Source: an uncultured delta proteobacterium
Lineage (GTDB): Bacteria; Desulfobacterota; Desulfuromonadia; Desulfuromonadales; BM103
Length of the DNA stretch: 43,340 bases
Assembly (NCBI GenBank): GCA_963715335.1
Contig: CAVQRZ010000032.1
Location: 1 to 43,340, forward strand
Direction of reading: 5' to 3'
The notes under the pieces were generated by a model. The model was not told the DNA's origin, ran no database searches, and saw only the letters and a program-made list of their open reading frames with translations. Both the position numbers and the translations under genes were made by a program. The first letter of the stretch is position 1, and each line of letters starts with the position of its first letter. Shown here in pieces: positions 37,629 to 43,340 of this stretch.

Positions 37629-37772
37629 CGTTATATTTGACAGATATGCTAAATATGATGGCGGCCGATGGCGGCAAACCTTTCGCTGCGCTCCTTCAAT
37701 TGAAGCTTTCCCTCGTAAAATCAGCATATTGCCCTCACTTCGGCAACCTCAGGTTTTCGGCACGTTCGTTGC
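37629..37772 (+). promoter_or_regulatory. Sigma54 promoter 3 with tandem enhancer (37629-37660) and IHF site (37719-37731)
   Basis: GG-cacgttcgtt-GC at 37759-37772; AATCAGCATATTG; CGTTATATTTGACA-gata-TGCTAAATATGATG. Confidence 0.82.
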
Positions 37773-37814
37773 GATTGACTATGTTAAGAGTCATTGCATC
37801 CAAGGAGACAAACC

Positions 37815-37970
37815 ATGTTAGGAACCATCTTGATCGTCGTCATTATCTTGCTATTGCTGGGCGCTCTGCCGACTTGGCCGCACAGCCGGCAGTGGGGGTA
37901 CGTACCGAGTGGAGGTGTTGGCTTGATCCTCTTGATCCTTCTCATCCTGATGTTGATGGGCCGGATTTAA
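37815..37970 (+). CDS. DUF3309 family small membrane protein, 51 aa (not in the ORF track)
   Basis: MLGTILIVVIILLLLGALPTWPHSRQWGYVPSGGVGLILLILLILMLMGRI; AAGGAG RBS. Confidence 0.9.
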   Translation: MLGTILIVVIILLLLGALPTWPHSRQWGYVPSGGVGLILLILLILMLMGRI

Positions 37971-38014
37971 CTGCAGTATCTGTCGTATCTCACCGAGAGG
38001 AGGTGAATGAGTTC

Positions 38015-38206
38015 ATGCCGTTAATTCAACTGGTCGTGATATTGGTCGTGGTGGGCGTGGTGCTCTGGCTCATCAACCAGTTCATCCCCATGGCGGGATC
38101 CATAAAAACAATACTGAATGTCGTCGTCGTGGTCGTCGTCATTTCTTGGCTGCTGAATATTTTTGGTGTCATCAGTCACTTTCCCAACATCAATGTAGGC
38201 AGATAA
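38015..38206 (+). CDS. Thivi_2564-like small membrane protein, 63 aa
   Basis: VVGVVLWLINQFIPMAGSIKTILNVVVV; GGAGGTG RBS. Confidence 0.82.
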   Translation: MPLIQLVVILVVVGVVLWLINQFIPMAGSIKTILNVVVVVVVISWLLNIFGVISHFPNINVGR

Positions 38207-38241
38207 GCCTGTGTCAGCCCCTTTTGCCGAGGATGGAGTCC

Positions 38242-38583
38242 ATGATTGACGCGAAGATCAAAATGTGCGTGCCTGCTAACAAGCGCATGGAAGTCCTGCA
38301 AACCATCAAAACCATGCTTGACACTATTCGCAACGAGCAGGGGTGTGTCAGTTGCATCTGCTGCGTAGATGTAGAGGATGAGCACATCATCATCTTCACG
38401 CAGGAGTGGGACACCAATGAGAATCTGGCCGCACATCTGCAATCCGACTGTTTCACGGTCCTGCTTGGCGCGATGAAGCTACTCTCCATCGAACCGGAGA
38501 TCAGGATCAACACCATTGCCGCCACGGCGGGTGCGGAGGTCATCAAGGCGGCACGGATGAAACCCCGGCGAGACTTGCCATGA
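38242..38583 (+). CDS. Antibiotic-biosynthesis-monooxygenase (ABM) domain protein
   Basis: IRNEQGCVSC...QEW...LAAHLQSDCF. Confidence 0.85.
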   Translation: MIDAKIKMCVPANKRMEVLQTIKTMLDTIRNEQGCVSCICCVDVEDEHIIIFTQEWDTNENLAAHLQSDCFTVLLGAMKLLSIEPEIRINTIAATAGAEVIKAARMKPRRDLP

Positions 38584-38632
38584 CAAGACAAGGGCGCCAT
38601 AACACTGCCTACAAACCAACAAGGAGACCATT

Positions 38633-38947
38633 ATGTTCAAGACAAATCGCATTGTGAAGTTTCTGGCCTGTCTGGTCCTGTTTGCTTCTTTCCTGGGGTG
38701 TGCTTCAACCGCAAAGCAGGAAAGCACCGGCCAGTACATTGACAACTCCGTGATCACCTCTAAGGTGAAAGCAGCTATCTTTGACGAATCAAGCTTGAAA
38801 ACCATGCAGATCAAAGTGGAGTCCTACAAGGGCGAAGTGCAGCTGAGCGGTTTTGTTGATTCGGCAGCGAGCGTCCAGAAGGCCGGCGAAGTTGCCCGCA
38901 GCGTTGAGGGGGTCGTCGCTGTGAAAAACGACCTGGTTGTCAAATAG
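38633..38947 (+). CDS. Single-BON-domain lipoprotein
   Basis: Lipobox FLGC; STGQYIDNSVITSKVK...GEVQLSGFV; AAGGAG RBS. Confidence 0.92.
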   Translation: MFKTNRIVKFLACLVLFASFLGCASTAKQESTGQYIDNSVITSKVKAAIFDESSLKTMQIKVESYKGEVQLSGFVDSAASVQKAGEVARSVEGVVAVKNDLVVK

Positions 38948-39149
38948 CATTACCGGCTGGCAGACCAATCCCTGCGCCGATGGCCGACACCCGACCGGAT
39001 CGGGTGTCGCCACGGCAGCAGGATTCGGGCCGAGAACAACCCAGGTCAAGAAGCAACCTGCTATTTCACCTTAACGAAATTTTCTTTACCCCTGGCGCCC
39101 CCTCACTGGCGGGCGTCTACAGCGATCATATCTTGAGAGTGAGGTCATC

Positions 39150-39767
39150 ATGAAAACCCATTTTGCCAGAACGTTCCTGCTCTTTGTCCTGGTTCTCAAT
39201 TTGCTTGGCGGTTGTGCATCCATTCCAGAAGAACACAAGGGGGCGACAACCGGTGCGGGGATTGGCGCAGCAACCGGAGCACTGGCCGGAGCCATGCTGG
39301 CCGGTGACGGCTCACGCACCCAGGGAGCACTCCTCGGCGGGTTGGCCGGAGCGCTGATCGGGGGAGTGATCGGCAACTACACGGTCGACCAGAAAAGGGA
39401 TGCCTCGGATACGTCCAATCGATATGACTACAACGCTTCTGCGGGGGTTTTGGTCAGGATTGAAAGCACGTCAATCAGTCCTGACAGGGTCTACCCAGGT
39501 GACCGGGTCGATCTCCGGGCAACGTATGCAGTCATGGCCCCCCAGAGTAACTCCAGGATTGCCGTGACCGAGATTCGCGAAATTCGCTTCAATGGCGAAC
39601 TGGTCGGCAACCCCCAGATAAGCACGGACCATATCGCCGGCACCTATGATTCAAATGTGCCGCTGTTCCTTGCCAACGACGCAAAACGCGGGACCTATCA
39701 AGTCATCACAACCATCAGGACGCAGGAGAGTAGTGACTCTCGCGAAGCTTCGTTTGTTGTGCGCTGA
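39150..39767 (+). CDS. Glycine-zipper lipoprotein with C-terminal beta-sandwich-like domain
   Basis: Lipobox LGGC; GAGIGAATGALAG and GALLGGLAGALIGG. Confidence 0.82.
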   Translation: MKTHFARTFLLFVLVLNLLGGCASIPEEHKGATTGAGIGAATGALAGAMLAGDGSRTQGALLGGLAGALIGGVIGNYTVDQKRDASDTSNRYDYNASAGVLVRIESTSISPDRVYPGDRVDLRATYAVMAPQSNSRIAVTEIREIRFNGELVGNPQISTDHIAGTYDSNVPLFLANDAKRGTYQVITTIRTQESSDSREASFVVR

Positions 39768-39855
39768 TTTTCAACGTGATGACAGTGGTAGTAAACCGGG
39801 CGCCGCAAGAATGTTTCCAGACGGAGGCTGCGAGGATGGATAAGCGAACCGAGTT

Positions 39856-40545
39856 ATGAACAAAATCGTCGTAGTGATCAACGTTGTTCTGGTCAGCTTT
39901 GTCCTGGTTTTCGTTACCGGATGCCTCGTCACTGGAGGAGTCCCTGCGGATTCCTCTTCGACCCGGCAGCCATCCACCTCGGCGGCCGGCGGAAAAGTTG
40001 ATTCTGTCCAGGTTGATCGGCTGCGGAGGCTGATGATTCCCCTTCTGCGGACGATGGACCACCCGATATCGACAAGACAGGTTCAAATCGAGGTAGTTGA
40101 TGATCCGCAGATCAATGCCGGGAGCGCCGGAAGCGGCCAGTTTATCGTGACAACGGGGCTACTGAGCAAGGCCAATGACGTGCATCTGGAATCGATTCTG
40201 GCCCACGAGATTGCCCATGATGACCTCGACCATGTTGCCAAGGCCCAGGCTCTGGGGGCGGGTTTGAATGTCGCTACTGTACTAATGGACCAGTTTTTCC
40301 CGGGGAGCGGGCAACTCACCCCGATTGCCGGGAACTTGGTGATTCGGGCTTACGGTCGGAACGAGGAGTACGCGGCGGACTTGCATGGGGTCGTGCTCCT
40401 GCGCAGGATACATCCCGACGGTAAGCAGAGAATGGTCAATACCATGGTCTGGCTGCAGAAGACGACGGGAGGCAGCGACGGCGGATTTTTCTCAACCCAC
40501 CCCGCTACCGACGACAGGATCGACAGAATCCGAAGCATGCCCTGA
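39856..40545 (+). CDS. M48 family metallopeptidase lipoprotein
   Basis: Lipobox VTGC; INA, LAHEIAH, EEYAAD, FSTHP...RI. Confidence 0.9.
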   Translation: MNKIVVVINVVLVSFVLVFVTGCLVTGGVPADSSSTRQPSTSAAGGKVDSVQVDRLRRLMIPLLRTMDHPISTRQVQIEVVDDPQINAGSAGSGQFIVTTGLLSKANDVHLESILAHEIAHDDLDHVAKAQALGAGLNVATVLMDQFFPGSGQLTPIAGNLVIRAYGRNEEYAADLHGVVLLRRIHPDGKQRMVNTMVWLQKTTGGSDGGFFSTHPATDDRIDRIRSMP

Positions 40546-40677
40546 GGATTCAATATGCAGAGGTTTCCCCACTTCGCTCAAACCCTCGACAAACAGGAGG
40601 ATAATGGGTGAGGGGACCGGCCAAGAGAGAAGATAGTTCATGTGTGTTATATAGACCTGCTACGATTGGGAGAAACA

Positions 40678-41493
40678 ATGCAGCTCCGAGCCGGATACGA
40701 ACTGATTTACAGCTTCCCACAGCAAACACCGATAATCCTCCTCGTGAATATCCACCATTCGCGGGGTGCCGATCTGGTTGTCCCTGATCGCCTTATTACC
40801 GAGCCGCCGATATCGATTACCGGTTATCATGACGCCTTCGGCAACTGGTGTAACCGTGGACTGGCACCTGCGGGTCGCCTCCGCCTGACAACTGACGCTA
40901 TTGTCAGAGATAACAACCATCCCGACGAAATCTTTCCTGACGCCAGGCAGGACTCCGTGCAGCATCTGCCTGAAGAAACCCTGGTCTACCTGCTGGGCAG
41001 CCGCTATTGCGAGACTGACTTGTTGTCTCAGACGGCCTGGCAACTCTTCGGCGGCACGACTCCCGGATATCCGCGCGTGCAATGCATCTGCGATTACGTT
41101 CATAATCATATTGCCTTCAACTACCAGAACGCCAGCGTAACCCGCGGTGCAGTAGAGGCCTTCAACCAACGGACCGGGGTCTGCCGCGACTACGTACATC
41201 TCGCTATGACCTTCTGCCGCTGCCTGAATATCCCGGCGCGATACTGCACCGGCTACCTGAGCGATCTCGGGACACCCCTGCCTCACGGAGTTGGCGATTT
41301 TGCAGCATGGTTCGAAGCCTGGATAGGCGGTCGCTGGCACACCTTCGACCCGCGCAACAATATGCCCCGCCGGGGGCGCATCCTGATGGCCCGCGGCCGA
41401 GATGCCTGCGATGTCGCCATCACGACGACGTTTGGACCCAACACGCTGGAGAGCTTCCGGGTCTGGACCGATGAAATTCCGGACAGTGAATGA
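40678..41493 (+). CDS. Transglutaminase-like protein
   Basis: GVCRDYVH, PARYCTGY, FDPRNN; DFAAW occupies the usual HAW position; GGAG RBS before ATG 40678. Confidence 0.88.
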   Translation: MQLRAGYELIYSFPQQTPIILLVNIHHSRGADLVVPDRLITEPPISITGYHDAFGNWCNRGLAPAGRLRLTTDAIVRDNNHPDEIFPDARQDSVQHLPEETLVYLLGSRYCETDLLSQTAWQLFGGTTPGYPRVQCICDYVHNHIAFNYQNASVTRGAVEAFNQRTGVCRDYVHLAMTFCRCLNIPARYCTGYLSDLGTPLPHGVGDFAAWFEAWIGGRWHTFDPRNNMPRRGRILMARGRDACDVAITTTFGPNTLESFRVWTDEIPDSE

Positions 41494-41510
41494 CCAGGAG
41501 TCGCCCACTG

Positions 41511-42377
41511 ATGTCTTTTCTTACAGTAAATCACGCCACCATCTACCGTTACCGCGAGCCCGTCATCCTCGGTGAACACCGTATGATGTTCCGGCCACGC
41601 GAGAGCCACGACCTGCGGTTAATCGGTGTCGACCTCGCGATCAAGCCGCAACCCGTGCACCTGCGCTGGCTGCACGATCCCTTTGATAACTCCGTCACCA
41701 TCGCAACGTTTGAAGGCACCACGTCCGAACTCAGATTCGATAGCACCGTGACACTGGAGCATTTCGAGGCCACCCTGCCGGAGTATACGCTTGAGGATTA
41801 TGCCCGTAAGTATCCCTTCCGCTATGCCGATGAGGACTTCCCCAATCTCGTTCGCGCCCTGAATCGTGACTTCCCGAGCGAGCGAGTCGCCAAATGGGCG
41901 TTGCAGTTTCTCGATCCAGCGGAAACCACCGACACTATGAAGCTGCTGCGCGCAATGACCTTCGGCATCAGTGAGCAGATACCCTACAACCGCCGTGCTG
42001 AAAAGGGCGTGCAGACGGCTGATGAGACGTTACTGATCGGTCGCGGTAGTTGCCGGGATTTTGCCGTACTGATGATCGATGCGGTCAGATCCCTCGGCAT
42101 CGCCGCACGGTTTGTCAGTGGATACATTTTCGTCCCCGATAGCTCCGGCCTCGCCGGGGGTGGAGCCACCCATGCCTGGATGCAAGCCTATCTCCCCGGT
42201 GCCGGCTGGATCGACTTCGACCCCACCAACAGCATCATTGGCAACCGCAATCTCATTCGTGTCGGCGTTGCCTGGGCTCCCGAACACGTCCTTCCTTTGT
42301 GGGGGAGCTATTCCGGCCCCGCAATGGCCTTCATCGACATGGAGGTCACCGTGACCGTTTCAGAAACGCACAGGTGA
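41511..42377 (+). CDS. Transglutaminase-like protein with N-terminal domain
   Basis: GSCRDFA, ARFVSGY, THAW, DFDPTN give an intact C-H-D triad; start 41511 (AGGAG) or 41490. Confidence 0.9.
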   Translation: MSFLTVNHATIYRYREPVILGEHRMMFRPRESHDLRLIGVDLAIKPQPVHLRWLHDPFDNSVTIATFEGTTSELRFDSTVTLEHFEATLPEYTLEDYARKYPFRYADEDFPNLVRALNRDFPSERVAKWALQFLDPAETTDTMKLLRAMTFGISEQIPYNRRAEKGVQTADETLLIGRGSCRDFAVLMIDAVRSLGIAARFVSGYIFVPDSSGLAGGGATHAWMQAYLPGAGWIDFDPTNSIIGNRNLIRVGVAWAPEHVLPLWGSYSGPAMAFIDMEVTVTVSETHR

Positions 42378-42384
42378 CGATTCC

Positions 42385-43101
42385 GTGACGGCGGCTCAAA
42401 TTCTCCGTCCGCAGGGAGCTGGCCGCTTTGTTCTCTTCTGCGACCATGCCAGCAATAATATCCCGGCAGAACTTCACCAACTTGGTTTGCCGGTGGCTGA
42501 GCGTGCCCGCCACATTGCGTGGGATATCGGAGCGGCGGGCGTCACCGCGGCCCTCTCGGAAATCCTTGATGCCCCGGCGATACTCTGCAACACCTCGCGG
42601 CTTGTGATCGACTGCAACCGCCAGCTTAATGCTGCGGACCTCATCCCGGAGATAAGCGACGGCACAACGATCCCTGGCAATCTGCACCTCAGCGAGACAG
42701 CCAGAACGACCCGCATTGAGCGTTGGTTTCACCCGTATCACAACGCGATTGAGTCGGTCTTGCTGGATCGCGAAGCAAAAGGGGTGCAATCTGTAGTGGT
42801 CTCCATTCATTCCATGACGGCTGCGCTTTCCGGGGAACTAAGACCCTGGCATATTGCGATATCCAGCTATCTTGATCGTCGCATTGCCGAGCCTGTTCTC
42901 GCTGCACTGCGCCTGCCCGGCGATATCGTTGTGGGCGACAACCAGCCGTACGATGTGAATCCGGTAATAGACTACAGCATTCCATTCCATGCTTTGCGCC
43001 GGAGACTGCCTCACATCCAGGTGGAATTCCGGCAGAATGAAATATTTGATACAACGACCCAGTACCAATGGGCACTGCGTTTCGCTCAGCCATTGATGTA
43101 A
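42385..43101 (+). CDS. N-formylglutamate amidohydrolase family protein
   Basis: CDHAS, HIAWDIGA, SRLVIDCNR, SIHS, GDNQPY, VEFRQ. Confidence 0.9.
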   Translation: MTAAQILRPQGAGRFVLFCDHASNNIPAELHQLGLPVAERARHIAWDIGAAGVTAALSEILDAPAILCNTSRLVIDCNRQLNAADLIPEISDGTTIPGNLHLSETARTTRIERWFHPYHNAIESVLLDREAKGVQSVVVSIHSMTAALSGELRPWHIAISSYLDRRIAEPVLAALRLPGDIVVGDNQPYDVNPVIDYSIPFHALRRRLPHIQVEFRQNEIFDTTTQYQWALRFAQPLM

Positions 43102-43219
43102 TGTGGACGTCAGGCTCCTTATAGACACCGTATATTACTGTCCAAGCCAGCCGGATGACTCCTTAGGATCATTTTTTAGGAGTGGATTTCGGAAAACTGG
43201 CTGATGCAGGGGGGCGTAA

Positions 43220-43259
43220 AAGTGAACGACCACGGGCTCACGCCCGTGGTCGTTCACTT
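43220..43259. repeat. Perfect 18-bp inverted repeat (REP-like or IS200/IS605-end-like hairpin)
   Basis: AAGTGAACGACCACGGGC-tcac-GCCCGTGGTCGTTCACTT. Confidence 0.85.
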
Positions 43260-43340
43260 CAATGATTCTCGAATATTGCATCGATATAAAATGAAAATTA
43301 CAACGGCTCGCCTGTGTTACAGGAAACTTATTCCACAGTC

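Noticed and set aside
37592..38014. N-terminal 141 codons of the 204-aa ORF
   Set aside because: Overlaps sigma54 promoter 3 and the DUF3309 gene in another frame; the true start is 38015
29200..43340. Island as an intact mobile element or prophage
   Set aside because: No integrase, transposase, tRNA target or flanking direct repeat seen in the window

Overview
Bacterial chromosomal window, most consistent with Desulfuromonadales/Geobacter relatives (inferred from a c7-type triheme cytochrome, a GEMM-I riboswitch, heptamer repeat arrays and gene content). It has three zones. (1) 0.1-6.8 kb: a terminator-bounded cluster with no recognisable enzyme. It holds a CsgD/VpsT-like LuxR regulator with an atypical receiver, an outer-membrane protein apparently made of three fused beta-barrels, two paralogous secreted proteins sharing an unrecognised EVExGRL...SPxxNLALY...AAADK domain, and two small secreted low-complexity proteins. 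This is the best candidate for an undescribed secretion or surface-matrix system. (2) 6.8-29.2 kb: mostly core genes: ettA, a TPR protein, a B12/radical SAM enzyme, DUF554, a MASE3-GAF kinase, dksA, moaC, radA, an NdvB-like GH17-GT2 glucan synthase, larA-glcD-glcF, a c7 cytochrome, a c-di-GMP-I riboswitch ahead of PilZ/FlhG-like/HTH genes, and htpX. (3) 29.6-43.1 kb: an accessory stress-protein island. A frameshifted PAS/sigma54 activator is followed by three sigma54 promoters sharing one architecture (tandem enhancer, IHF site, -24/-12 box at near-identical spacing). They precede CsbD, two unannotated paralogous 21-aa membrane micropeptides, glycine-zipper and BON proteins, DUF3309, Thivi_2564-like, ABM, an M48 peptidase, two transglutaminase-like proteins and an N-formylglutamate amidohydrolase-like protein. 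No rRNA, tRNA, CRISPR array or transposase was seen. All family calls come from motif recognition by eye, not database searches.
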